Shown here in pieces: positions 1-7,863 of a DNA stretch of 64,000 nucleotides; the stretch's first letter is position 1, and each line of letters opens with the position of its first letter. The stretch lies in the NCBI GenBank assembly GCA_965214705.1, contig CBDCCI010000002.1, positions 352,001 to 416,000 of the forward strand. The letters are read 5' to 3'. The notes beneath the pieces were generated by a model that saw only the letters and a program-made list of their open reading frames with translations, did no database searches and had not been told where the DNA came from. Position numbers and translations under genes: made by a program. This DNA is from Alphaproteobacteria bacterium (GTDB taxonomy: Bacteria; Pseudomonadota; Alphaproteobacteria; UBA828).

Positions 1-191
1 ATCAGCACCGCCGCCGTCGTCCACCACGCCGGCACGAACAGCCAGACCGTCAGCAGCACAAGCAGCCGCGCGTCGATGACGTAGAAGCGCACCGGCCGCA
101 TCGTGTCCCGCCACGGGACAACACCCCGGTCCAGGGGAACTCCCTGGCGCGGCGTCTCCATCGAGACGGCGTCCATCGAGATGGCCATCAT
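1..191 (-). CDS. icmT: IcmT/TraK family type IVB secretion protein (partial, runs off window start)
   Basis: Manual translation from ATG 191 (GGAG RBS): MMAISMDAVSMETPRQGVPLDRGVVPWRDTMRPVRFYVIDARLLVLLTVWLFVPAWW. WRxTxRPVRF..DAR is the IcmT/TraK signature; follows dotB. Confidence 0.8.
   Translation of the reverse strand, partial: MMAISMDAVSMETPRQGVPLDRGVVPWRDTMRPVRFYVIDARLLVLLTVWLFVPAWWTTAAVL
113..148 (+). repeat. 18-bp motif A, 2 copies, inside icmT
   Basis: 131-148 ccaggggaactccctggc preceded by degenerate acgggacaacaccccggt; read as QGVPLDRGVV. Confidence 0.85.
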
Positions 192-203
192 TCATCTCCC
201 CGG

Positions 204-1481
204 TCAAAGCCACATCCTCCCTGTCGTGCCGGGACTACAGGCGGTTGGCGGACCCTCCGCGGTAGCCGTCACGCGCCGCCAATCCGCCTCCCCGATCCGC
301 CCCTCCTGAAAGGCTCTGTCGGCGCTCGCCGCGAGATCGTTGCCGGTGCGCCGCAGCGCATCCGCGATCAGCGCCGGCCAGCGCTCTTGCGGCGCCTCCA
401 TCAGCGTCCCCTTGAGGGCGCCGTCGAAGCGCAGCCACTCCCTGATGGCGGTGCGTCCACGCGAAGAGGTGCGACCACCCGAAGGGGTGCGGCCACCCGA
501 AGGGGTGCTGCCACCCGAAGGGGTGTGTCCGCCTTGCGGGTTCGGCAGCAGCATCTGGGTCACGACGAGGGTCATCACGTCGATCAGCGCCGCGCCCCGC
601 TCGTGGCGCTCGCTCGCCGGGAACTCCGCCAGAAGACGCCGGATCGCGGCGGCCACGCCCACCGTGTGCGCGGTGGCGAACACGGCGATCCCGAAGTCCG
701 CCGCCCGGATCACGGCCTCGGCCGTCTCCCGGTCCCGCGCCTCGCCGACCACGACCGCCGCGGGGCGGCGCCTGAGGCTTGCCCTCAGTCCCTCGGCGAA
801 GCTCGGGAAGTGGCGCGGCACCTCCGAGGACGACATCAGCGCCCCGTCGCCGCCGATGCCGTCGAACACGAACTCGATCGGCGCCTCATAGGACTGCACC
901 CGGCCCGCGCCGCTCTCCAGCAGCCTCCGCGTGCCCGCCGCCAGCAGCGTGGATTTGCCCGACCCCGGCACACCGGTGACCAGCGTCAGGCCCTTGCAGA
1001 GGTCCCAGGCCTCGGCGATCTCGGGTTCGATGCCGAGTGCCTCCAGGGTGGGCGGGCTGCCGGGCAGCACGCGCATGGTGATGTTGATGCCGAAGCGCTG
1101 GCCGGCGAGCACCGGCGAGAGGTTGCAGCGGAAGCGGCGGAAGCACCGGGGGCCGGAGGCGACCGCATAGGAGCAATCGATGGCCCTGCCGGAGCGCAGG
1201 ATGCCGTCTGCGGTGCCGCCACCCGGAGGGGTGCTTCCGCCCGGAGGGTTGCCTTCACCCGCAGGGATGCGGTCGAAGACGCGGGAGCAGATGCGCTCCA
1301 TGACGAGGCCGTCGAGGACGGCGCCGGTGGCCCGGCGGAGCCTCCCGTCGATCTCGACGAAGGCCGGTGCGCCGGTCTGGAAGGAAACGTCGGAGGCGCC
1401 AAGGTCGGCCGCCCAGAGCAGGAAGCCGTCGAGGCCCGCGGCCGGGAAGGCGTGGTCGGCGTCCGCCCAGCGGGGGCTCAT
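204..1481 (-). CDS. dotB: DotB/TraJ PilT-like traffic ATPase
   Basis: ASDVSFQTG, Walker A GVPGSGKST, EAPIEF, LRRRP..VGEARD, His box TAHT. ATG 1481 overlaps the upstream stop (ATGA). Confidence 0.85.
   Translation of the reverse strand: MSPRWADADHAFPAAGLDGFLLWAADLGASDVSFQTGAPAFVEIDGRLRRATGAVLDGLVMERICSRVFDRIPAGEGNPPGGSTPPGGGTADGILRSGRAIDCSYAVASGPRCFRRFRCNLSPVLAGQRFGINITMRVLPGSPPTLEALGIEPEIAEAWDLCKGLTLVTGVPGSGKSTLLAAGTRRLLESGAGRVQSYEAPIEFVFDGIGGDGALMSSSEVPRHFPSFAEGLRASLRRRPAAVVVGEARDRETAEAVIRAADFGIAVFATAHTVGVAAAIRRLLAEFPASERHERGAALIDVMTLVVTQMLLPNPQGGHTPSGGSTPSGGRTPSGGRTSSRGRTAIREWLRFDGALKGTLMEAPQERWPALIADALRRTGNDLAASADRAFQEGRIGEADWRRVTATAEGPPTACSPGTTGRMWL
457..528 (+). repeat. 18-bp motif B, 4 tandem copies, inside dotB
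   Basis: ccacgcgaagaggtgcga / ccacccgaaggggtgcgg / ccacccgaaggggtgctg / ccacccgaaggggtgtgt. Confidence 0.9.
1219..1272 (+). repeat. 18-bp motif B, 3 copies, inside dotB
   Basis: ccacccggaggggtgctt / ccgcccggagggttgcct / tcacccgcagggatgcgg. Confidence 0.8.
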
Positions 1482-2350
1482 GGGGTGTCTCCACCCGCAG
1501 GGGTGCGCCCACCCGCAGGGGTGTGCCCGCCCGCAGGGGCGTCTCCTTCGGGGAGGGGCTTCCACTCTTCGGGGCGGAGCTCGAAGCGGGCCGGCTCGCC
1601 GAGGGCAGCGCGGGTCTCGTCGATCCGCACGAGCCGTCCGTGGCCGCTTGCGGCGATATGCTCCGTCTCCAGCGCCGGCGCCGAGACCATCCCCGCCAGG
1701 TTGGACCGGCGCCACTGCACCAGCCCCTCGAACACCCGGTTGAGGCGCTCCAGGTCGGAGGCGAAGATATCGTCGGCGAGCGCGGTTCCGTGCTCCCAGC
1801 CCTCGCGCATCCACTGCCGCCAGAGCGCGCCTTCCGCATCGTCGCGGGGAAACAGAATCGCCGCCGGGATCTGCGCATGTGCCCAGTCGCGCACCAGGTA
1901 ATCCCGCCAGTGGGGCACGGCGCTCACGATCCTCTCCGGCTCCACGATCCTCAGGATGCGCCTTGCCCCCGCCGCCTGCCTGCCGGACCGTTCCAGCCGG
2001 AAGGCGCGGTCGGTGCCGGCGAGCACCGGCGGCATCACGGTGAAGCCGTCCTTCTCCAGCATCAGCTCGCGGAAGCGGTAGATCGCGGAGAGTTTCCCGG
2101 CGTGCCGCTCAAGCATCGCGGCGATCTCCCAGCTCCGGCGGGCGAGTCCGGCACGTGCGCCGAAGCCGAGCGCGGCCGATCGCATCGCAGGCCGGCGTGC
2201 TTCTCCGGAGAGCGCGCCGCCGTCCGACGCCGCCTCGGGCGCCTCGGACATCAGCAGCGTCTCCAGCGTCGGCGGCAGCTCCGTGCCGCCAAAGGCGATA
2301 TCGGCGCCGAGGCAGAGGAGGGCCAGCATCAGCAAGCAGAAGCGGGTCAT
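1478..2350 (-). CDS. dotC: DotC/TraI family T4BSS core protein
   Basis: AALGFGARAGLA, IYRF..LM, PPVL, P.WRDYL, W..GW..G...A..IF...L.RL motifs; start MTRFCLL coupled to the dotD stop. Confidence 0.85.
   Translation of the reverse strand: MTRFCLLMLALLCLGADIAFGGTELPPTLETLLMSEAPEAASDGGALSGEARRPAMRSAALGFGARAGLARRSWEIAAMLERHAGKLSAIYRFRELMLEKDGFTVMPPVLAGTDRAFRLERSGRQAAGARRILRIVEPERIVSAVPHWRDYLVRDWAHAQIPAAILFPRDDAEGALWRQWMREGWEHGTALADDIFASDLERLNRVFEGLVQWRRSNLAGMVSAPALETEHIAASGHGRLVRIDETRAALGEPARFELRPEEWKPLPEGDAPAGGHTPAGGRTPAGGDTP
1482..1562 (+). repeat. 18-bp motif B, 3-4 copies, at the dotC 3' end
   Basis: ccacccgcaggggtgcgc / ccacccgcaggggtgtgc / ccgcccgcaggggcgtct plus flanking partial units. 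Confidence 0.9.
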
Positions 2351-2976
2351 GAGCCCTCCTTCCCCGGCGCCGAACCGGTGCGTTCTCCCGTACCCGGGAC
2401 TTGCCCTCTCCAGTCGAGGCGAACCGCGCGGTTGCCCGCGTCCAGCACGAGCGTCGCAGCAGCCCCGGCCTGGAGGCCGGCGTCGCGCAGAACCTCGATG
2501 AGGGGGGTGCCGGCGGCCCTTACGCTGACCATCACCGGCCGTACCGGCATCGGGCCTGCCGCCAAGAAGCGGTAGCCCGCGCGTTGCGCGAGAATCTCGG
2601 CAAGGGCCTCGACAGGGCCGATCCAGTCGAGCGTGACCGCACGCCTCAGGGCGGCCGGCACGTCCTCCAGCGCGGGGGAACTCCCCGGTACAGGGGAACT
2701 CCCTGGCACAGGGGAACTCCCTGATACAGGGGAACGCACCGACGCCCCGGCAACGGCCGGCGGAGTCCGCGCGGCGTCGATCCTGGCCAGCGCGGTCAGC
2801 GCCGCCTCCGCCCGAGCCGCCGCCTCTGCAAGCCGCATCTCCGCAGGGTCCGGCCGCACGGCCGCAGGAGGCGCCGGTTCCGCCTCCGGCGTCCCGGTCC
2901 AGAAGGGCGCGCAGCCGGCTGCAATCGGAGCGATGCAGCAGACCGCGAGGAGGCGACGGGCGCGTGAACGGATCAT
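2347..2976 (-). CDS. dotD: DotD/TraH family lipoprotein
   Basis: Lipobox IAAGC; VTLDWIGPVE..LA..AGY.F and L.D.GLQAG motifs. Confidence 0.8.
   Translation of the reverse strand: MIRSRARRLLAVCCIAPIAAGCAPFWTGTPEAEPAPPAAVRPDPAEMRLAEAAARAEAALTALARIDAARTPPAVAGASVRSPVSGSSPVPGSSPVPGSSPALEDVPAALRRAVTLDWIGPVEALAEILAQRAGYRFLAAGPMPVRPVMVSVRAAGTPLIEVLRDAGLQAGAAATLVLDAGNRAVRLDWRGQVPGTGERTGSAPGKEGS
2672..2743 (+). repeat. 18-bp motif A, 4 tandem copies, inside dotD
   Basis: gcgggggaactccccggt / acaggggaactccctggc / acaggggaactccctgat / acaggggaacgcaccgac; read as GSSPVP. Confidence 0.95.
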
Positions 2977-4292
2977 CGCACAGCCCCCGCGTCCTCGATG
3001 ACGAGGTGCCGGTTGGGCTCGTGCGCGAACGCCACCAGGGACCGTCGCGTCGCGGGGCCCCCCATGAGCAGATCGGCGGCGTCCAGGAACCCGCCCCGGA
3101 GCGTGGCGCGGGCGCCCACGGCATAGTGCCGCGCAGCCTTCCACACCACCGACCAGCCCGCCTGTGCGCCCCAGTCCTCGAGCACGTCCAGCAGGGTCCC
3201 GTGGCGTGCCGGGTCCACGACCCACAGCCGATCGCCCCGGTCCGGACCCGGCGTATCGGGGACTTGCCCGGTCCCGGGGAGTTCCCCTGCACCAGGGAGT
3301 TCCCCGGAGCCCGTATTCCGATCGGCAGCCGCTGCCGTCCCCTGCGGCGTGCGCTGCTCGATATCGCGATACCGGTAGAAGACCACGGCGCCGCCTGCCC
3401 AGGTCCAGCTGTAGCCGGTGCGCGCCGTCACGAGGTTCAGCAGCCCTGGCAGGCGCCCCTCGAACTTGAGCGTCGTATCGGGCGGATCGGGCAGCCGTAC
3501 GGCGCCGCCGGCGACACGCGCGGGCCGCTCCTCGATCTCGACGGCAACGCCCGCGGCGATGGCGATGCGCTCCGCCACTGCGGCGAAGGGGAGCGGCACT
3601 GCCTCGTCCACGGCGACATCGCGCATCGCCAGCGACGGGGGCAAGGCCGTCCGCACCGGCGCCAGCTCCGTCGCCGCGAGCATGGCGGACCGGTCCGCCG
3701 CTGACGTCGAGCCCGGACGGGGCGGCGGGGGCGCAGGCATGACGATCCGGGAAGCCGCTGCGTCCTGCATGCCCGGATGAACCGGCGGCAGCGGTATCTC
3801 CGGCGTGTCCGCCGCGAGCGCGCTGCCGGCGTTGACGAACACGAACACCGCCATGGCGCTGGCAACCATGCCGGGCCCGAGCGGGCAGTAGCCTTTCAGG
3901 AAGGAGCGGCCGCGGCGGCGCTGGAGCCAGACGCGGTACAGCAGGGAACAGAGCGAGCCCGCCAGCAGTGCCCAGCCCAGCCCGAGGGGACCGAGCACGA
4001 AGCCGAGGCCGCCAAGGAGCATCGCGTCGCCGGGAAAGAGCGGCCAGCGCCGGCGGCACAGCTGCGCCACCGCGATCGGCACGGCGACGACCGCCACACC
4101 GAGTGCTGCACCGAGTCCCGCACTCCACAGCGGCCCCGTCTCGACTGGTCCAAACAACCGCCAGAGCAGGCCGGACCCCACCAGCGCCAGTACCAGGCGC
4201 GCGTCCACGATCGCGCGACGGGCGTCCACCGCGGCGACTGCCGCCATGGCCGTCAGCACGAGGGCGATCAGAACGAGGTCAGTCGCGGTCAT
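2973..4292 (-). CDS. Prepilin peptidase (A24, PilU-like) fused to STN-like and TcpQ/PilL-like periplasmic domains
   Basis: N-terminal TM region with two Asp (AVDARR, PGDAML) and PLGPGM; C-terminal TLLDVLEDW..AGWSVVW..Y...A...GGFLDA TcpQ-like pattern. Confidence 0.7.
   Translation of the reverse strand: MTATDLVLIALVLTAMAAVAAVDARRAIVDARLVLALVGSGLLWRLFGPVETGPLWSAGLGAALGVAVVAVPIAVAQLCRRRWPLFPGDAMLLGGLGFVLGPLGLGWALLAGSLCSLLYRVWLQRRRGRSFLKGYCPLGPGMVASAMAVFVFVNAGSALAADTPEIPLPPVHPGMQDAAASRIVMPAPPPPRPGSTSAADRSAMLAATELAPVRTALPPSLAMRDVAVDEAVPLPFAAVAERIAIAAGVAVEIEERPARVAGGAVRLPDPPDTTLKFEGRLPGLLNLVTARTGYSWTWAGGAVVFYRYRDIEQRTPQGTAAAADRNTGSGELPGAGELPGTGQVPDTPGPDRGDRLWVVDPARHGTLLDVLEDWGAQAGWSVVWKAARHYAVGARATLRGGFLDAADLLMGGPATRRSLVAFAHEPNRHLVIEDAGAVR
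3254..3308 (-). repeat. 18-bp motif A, 3 copies in reverse orientation, inside the peptidase-TcpQ gene
   Basis: Minus strand tccggggaactccctggtgcaggggaactccccgggaccgggcaagtccccgata; read as GELPGA/GELPGT/GQVPDT. Confidence 0.9.
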
Positions 4293-4767
4293 GGCCGTCC
4301 TCCCTGGTTGAGGTGCCGAAGGTGGCGGGGAGCAGGGGGCACCACGCGCCGAGCGCCGGATCGGCGCAGAGCGCGGCGGCGAGGGTTGCGGGCGCCTCGC
4401 CCGCCTCCGAACCCGCCCGGTTCAGGGCAAGCAGCGCCGCCTGCGCGTTCTTCAGCGCGGAAAGCGTCGCGATCTCCTCGCGCAGCATTTCCATCGCCGC
4501 CAGCGCCCGCTGCCTGAGCGCCGCAGCGGAACCGGACGCGGTGTTGTCCGCGGACTGCGCCGCAGCACGGCGATCCCCTTCACCGGAGCGTTCCCCTGTG
4601 CCGGGAAGCTCCCCCGTGCCGTGGGCGCCGATGGCGTCCGGCATTACTCGGGGACTTTCCTGGCTGGCGCCCGCAGGCATCGTCCCGGCCTGCGCCATGG
4701 CGCTCGACGTCCAGAGACAGGCAGCCAGAGCAGCAGCGATCGGCAGCAGGGTGAGGCTCGTCTTCAT
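4279..4767 (-). CDS. Hypothetical exported protein of the pilus operon
   Basis: Signal peptide (AMA-Q), GGAG RBS, coiled segment, C-terminal Cys pair; operonic position. Confidence 0.6.
   Translation of the reverse strand: MKTSLTLLPIAAALAACLWTSSAMAQAGTMPAGASQESPRVMPDAIGAHGTGELPGTGERSGEGDRRAAAQSADNTASGSAAALRQRALAAMEMLREEIATLSALKNAQAALLALNRAGSEAGEAPATLAAALCADPALGAWCPLLPATFGTSTREDGHDRD
4575..4622 (-). repeat. 18-bp motif A, 2-3 degenerate copies in reverse orientation
   Basis: Minus strand acgggggagcttcccggcacaggggaacgctccggtgaagggga; read as TGELPGTGERSGEG. Confidence 0.75.
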
Positions 4768-4779
4768 CTCTCCGTCTCC

Positions 4780-6096
4780 TCAGCACCCCGTGCAGCGTCC
4801 GACGGTGAGGCGGCTGAAACCGGCCTCCGCCGCGTCGACGCGCCCCGTGGCCCGCACCGCCCGTGCCGTCGCGCCAGCAGCGGAGACCTCCGTTGCCGTC
4901 ACGGTCCGGGCCGTCACGCTGCCGCTCTGCAGGCTCGCGAGCGAAGCGCTGCCGGCCGCCACCGTGCCGCGCACGCCGGCCGAGCCCGCCCTCACGGCGC
5001 CCTGCGCCGTCAGGCTCGCCGCCCTCAGATCGTGTGTGACCGCAAGCGAGCCCGCCGATGCCGCGCCTGCCACCCGCGCGGTCTGCGCCGTGACCCTGGC
5101 CGCCACCTCAGCCGAACCCGAGACGTTCAGCGCGCGGCCCACCATCAGGTCCGCCGTCACCGTGAGCCCGCCGCCCACCGTGAGATCGCTCTCCAGTGCA
5201 AGCGTGTCCGCCTCCATGGCGTTCGCGCCCGTCAGGTCGTTGCCGCCGAGGTCGAGATCGGTCTCCATGCGGTTGGCGTCGGCAAAGCCCGGCACCGGGA
5301 CGCGGTAGAGCTGGTCGCCGTAGACGGCCCGGTGGTCGAGACGCCTGAGCGTCGCCAGCGCGCCCGCTTCGGGCGCGCCGCCGAAGGCGGTCCGGAAGGC
5401 GCTCATGTCGGCGTCCACGGCCGGGCCCGTCAGGCGGTCGGGGATGTCCGGCAGCACCACCCCCATCCTGGCGTTGCCGCCGGCTCCGAACAGCGCCGAT
5501 GCGGGAACCTCGGTGGATCCGGGCGTTCCCCCGCCCGCCGGCACTGTCTGGGTCACCAGCAGGTCGATGGTGTCCGCGCCTGCCGCGAGCATGAGCACCC
5601 GGTAGCCGCGGCCCATGGCGCCCACCTCGGCGAAGCCGGCAGGCAGCGCACCGGCGCCGCGAAGTGTTGCCAGCGTGAGTTCGAAGGAGCCGCCGCCGAG
5701 GGCGGCCAGCATCGCGGGGAAGCGGCCGCTGACGTGGCTTGCGGCGGCGTCGGAGAGCACGGTGAGCTGCCGTGCGGCGAGACGGGCGCGCTCGTCCATG
5801 GCCCTGTTCTCGAAGAAGAGCGCCACGGCCAGCACCATCGCGCCCAGCAGCCCCAGAGCCAGCAGCGACCCAAAGAGGCTCAGTCCCCGGCTCAGCCCCC
5901 GACTGAGCCGCAGGCTCCGTCCCAGGCAATGACGCCGATTCAGCGCAGGGCTCCGTCCCCGGCGGAGGCCTCGACCGGCACCGTGGTTCTGTCCGTGAGT
6001 ACCGCCCAGACCCGGGCATCGGCCCGGTGCTCCATCCAACGCCGGGATCGCCCTCGCGCTCTCGAGACGCCGATGACTTGCGCACACGGTCAGCAT
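4780..6096 (-). CDS. PilV-like minor pilin/adhesin 1 (start uncertain)
   Basis: Pilin-like G|LSLFGSLLALGLL helix; LYR...PG....NRMETDLDLGGN motif typical of the PilV N-terminal region; beta-repeat tail ending CTGC. Confidence 0.7.
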   Translation of the reverse strand: MLTVCASHRRLESARAIPALDGAPGRCPGLGGTHGQNHGAGRGLRRGRSPALNRRHCLGRSLRLSRGLSRGLSLFGSLLALGLLGAMVLAVALFFENRAMDERARLAARQLTVLSDAAASHVSGRFPAMLAALGGGSFELTLATLRGAGALPAGFAEVGAMGRGYRVLMLAAGADTIDLLVTQTVPAGGGTPGSTEVPASALFGAGGNARMGVVLPDIPDRLTGPAVDADMSAFRTAFGGAPEAGALATLRRLDHRAVYGDQLYRVPVPGFADANRMETDLDLGGNDLTGANAMEADTLALESDLTVGGGLTVTADLMVGRALNVSGSAEVAARVTAQTARVAGAASAGSLAVTHDLRAASLTAQGAVRAGSAGVRGTVAAGSASLASLQSGSVTARTVTATEVSAAGATARAVRATGRVDAAEAGFSRLTVGRCTGC

Positions 6097-7214
6097 CCGC
6101 CGCAGCTCCCGACGCTGAGAGAGCCGATGGAGGCATCGGGACCGTGCAGCCCGGTGGACGAGATTCGATCCGCTCGCACGGTCCCGCTTGCCGTCAGCAT
6201 CTCGCCGGCCAGTACCTGCGCAGAGGAGGGGCCGGAAACGGAGGCTGTGCCTGCCACGGCGAGGGTACCTGCGGTGAGCGCGCCGCCGATGGCAACGGAC
6301 GTCCCTTCGAGACGGCCGTTGACCTCCGCCGAGCCCGCCGACACCGGCCCCGCCACCGCGCGCCCCATCAGGAGATCGGCCGAGACGGTGAGCGAGGCCG
6401 CCCCCAGGGCGCCCGTCTCGAGCGATACCGCCTTGAGGCCCCCCGCGCCCGCATCGCCGGTCACGCTGCCGCTGCCGCCGGCTTCGGCATCACCCAAGAC
6501 CGACGCCGTGAATCCCTCGGCATCCGCGATGCCGGTGACGTCGTGACCGCCGGCATCGAGGGCCGTCTCCATCCGGTTCAGGCCGGGGCGGCCCGGTTGT
6601 GCGCGACGGTAGAGAGTCCGGTCGTCGTAGCGCAGCCCTGCGTCCGCCGTGACGTAGAGGCCGTCCGCTGCAAGCGGCCGCCCCAGCGCGGCCTCGATGG
6701 CGGGTACGTGAGCCGCCATCGCCGTCTCCGCGCTGCCGGCCTCGGCGAGCGCCGCCAGACCGGCGGCGACGGCGCCGCTCCGCAAGGCCGGAGCCGCCTC
6801 CGGGCGTGCCGGCTCCAGCACACCGAAGGCCATCGCCACTGGTGGGTTGCCCGGAACACCCCGGCCGTCGTCCACGATGCCGACCGTGAAGGTGGCGTCG
6901 CGGCCCGCCCGCTCGGGCAACCCCGGCGGCACGGCGCCAAGCGCACGCAATGCCGCCGGCGTCAGAACGAAGGCCGGCTCGGTCTGCAGGCGCAGGGCGA
7001 AGCCGTGCTCCTGGCTCGCACGGTGCGCCGCCAGCACCCATTCGCCGAACACCCGTCCCGCCTCGAAGGACGACGCCACCTGCCGCGCCGCATGCTGCGC
7101 CGCGTAGTGGACCGCAAGCCCGACGCCCGCCAGCGCAGCCAGAAGCAGCACCGCCACAAGCGCGCCCGCACCGCAGCGGTATCGCCGGAGCGGTATCATG
7201 CTTCGCATGCTCAT
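6090..7214 (-). CDS. PilV-like minor pilin/adhesin 2
   Basis: Hydrophobic N-terminal helix; LYRRAQPGRPGLNRMETALDAGG motif paralogous to the neighbour; ends CGGC. Confidence 0.65.
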   Translation of the reverse strand: MSMRSMIPLRRYRCGAGALVAVLLLAALAGVGLAVHYAAQHAARQVASSFEAGRVFGEWVLAAHRASQEHGFALRLQTEPAFVLTPAALRALGAVPPGLPERAGRDATFTVGIVDDGRGVPGNPPVAMAFGVLEPARPEAAPALRSGAVAAGLAALAEAGSAETAMAAHVPAIEAALGRPLAADGLYVTADAGLRYDDRTLYRRAQPGRPGLNRMETALDAGGHDVTGIADAEGFTASVLGDAEAGGSGSVTGDAGAGGLKAVSLETGALGAASLTVSADLLMGRAVAGPVSAGSAEVNGRLEGTSVAIGGALTAGTLAVAGTASVSGPSSAQVLAGEMLTASGTVRADRISSTGLHGPDASIGSLSVGSCGGC

Positions 7215-7849
7215 CCGAAGGTGAACCCGATATCGTTGGCGCCGGCGCCGTCGTCGCAGTTGGCCGTCACCTGCGCCACCGTCACCGGCGAGGCCAGGGT
7301 GGTGCCGTTCACGATCATCGAGACGATCCCCGCCCTGGCTCGGGTGCGCCCCGCATAGGCGTCGCCCATCGCCGCGCAGACCTCGTCGTCCACGTCGTTG
7401 AAGGCGATGCGGAACTGGTTGGTGGCCCCGCCCGGCCCGCCGGTCACCGTCACCAGGCCGCCGAAGGGGTGGCGGATCTGCACCGCGCTCCCGCTTACCG
7501 TGCGCGCGCTGTCGGGGATGCCGCCCCTGCGGTCGATGGTGGCGATCAGGTTCGTGTTGTTGCCGTAGGACGGCGCGCCTGCGAAGACGCTCTCCACGTT
7601 GGCGCGCAGCCGGTTGAGCAGGGTCAGTGCCTCGGAGCGGTTGGCGGACTCGCGCGCGGCGTTGTAGAGGCTCACGGCCCCCACGATGGCCACCGCCGCC
7701 AGCGTCAGCCCCAGCAGCACCCCGAAAAGGCTGAAGCCTCGGCGCCAGCGCTTCTGGCGCAGACGCCCCAGGCGCCGCGCGGCGAGCGCCCCCAGGCGTT
7801 CACGGCGCCCCCGGCACGTGCCGCTTCCAGTCTCGATCGTCCCGTCCAT
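7211..7849 (-). CDS. pilS: Type IVb major prepilin, PilS-like
   Basis: Long basic leader ending RRG|FSLFGVLLGL, HPFGG.VTV motif, two Cys; directly downstream of pilR. Confidence 0.8.
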   Translation of the reverse strand: MDGTIETGSGTCRGRRERLGALAARRLGRLRQKRWRRGFSLFGVLLGLTLAAVAIVGAVSLYNAARESANRSEALTLLNRLRANVESVFAGAPSYGNNTNLIATIDRRGGIPDSARTVSGSAVQIRHPFGGLVTVTGGPGGATNQFRIAFNDVDDEVCAAMGDAYAGRTRARAGIVSMIVNGTTLASPVTVAQVTANCDDGAGANDIGFTFG

Positions 7850-7863
7850 GTCTCTGTCCTCCG

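Noticed and set aside
131-147. Motif A core GGGAACTCCC fits the eukaryotic NF-kB consensus GGGRNNYYCC
   Set aside because: Short degenerate consensus with no evidence of a host link; treated as coincidence.
2672-2743. 18-bp arrays as CRISPR arrays
   Set aside because: Units are head-to-tail with no spacers, lie inside ORFs, and no cas genes are present.
2672-2743. G-quadruplex from four G-runs, as at Neisseria pilE
   Set aside because: Loops are about 14 nt and contain C-runs that favour hairpins or duplex; many loci have a single unit.
4780-7214. Shufflon at the pilV-like genes, with motif A as sfx sites
   Set aside because: No invertible C-terminal cassettes or adjacent Rci. The motifs are in different frames in unrelated genes, so recombination between them would not give ordered fusions.
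7457-7474. Motif B-like CCGAAGGGGTG in pilS
   Set aside because: Explained by the conserved HPFGG pilin motif; only an 11-bp match.
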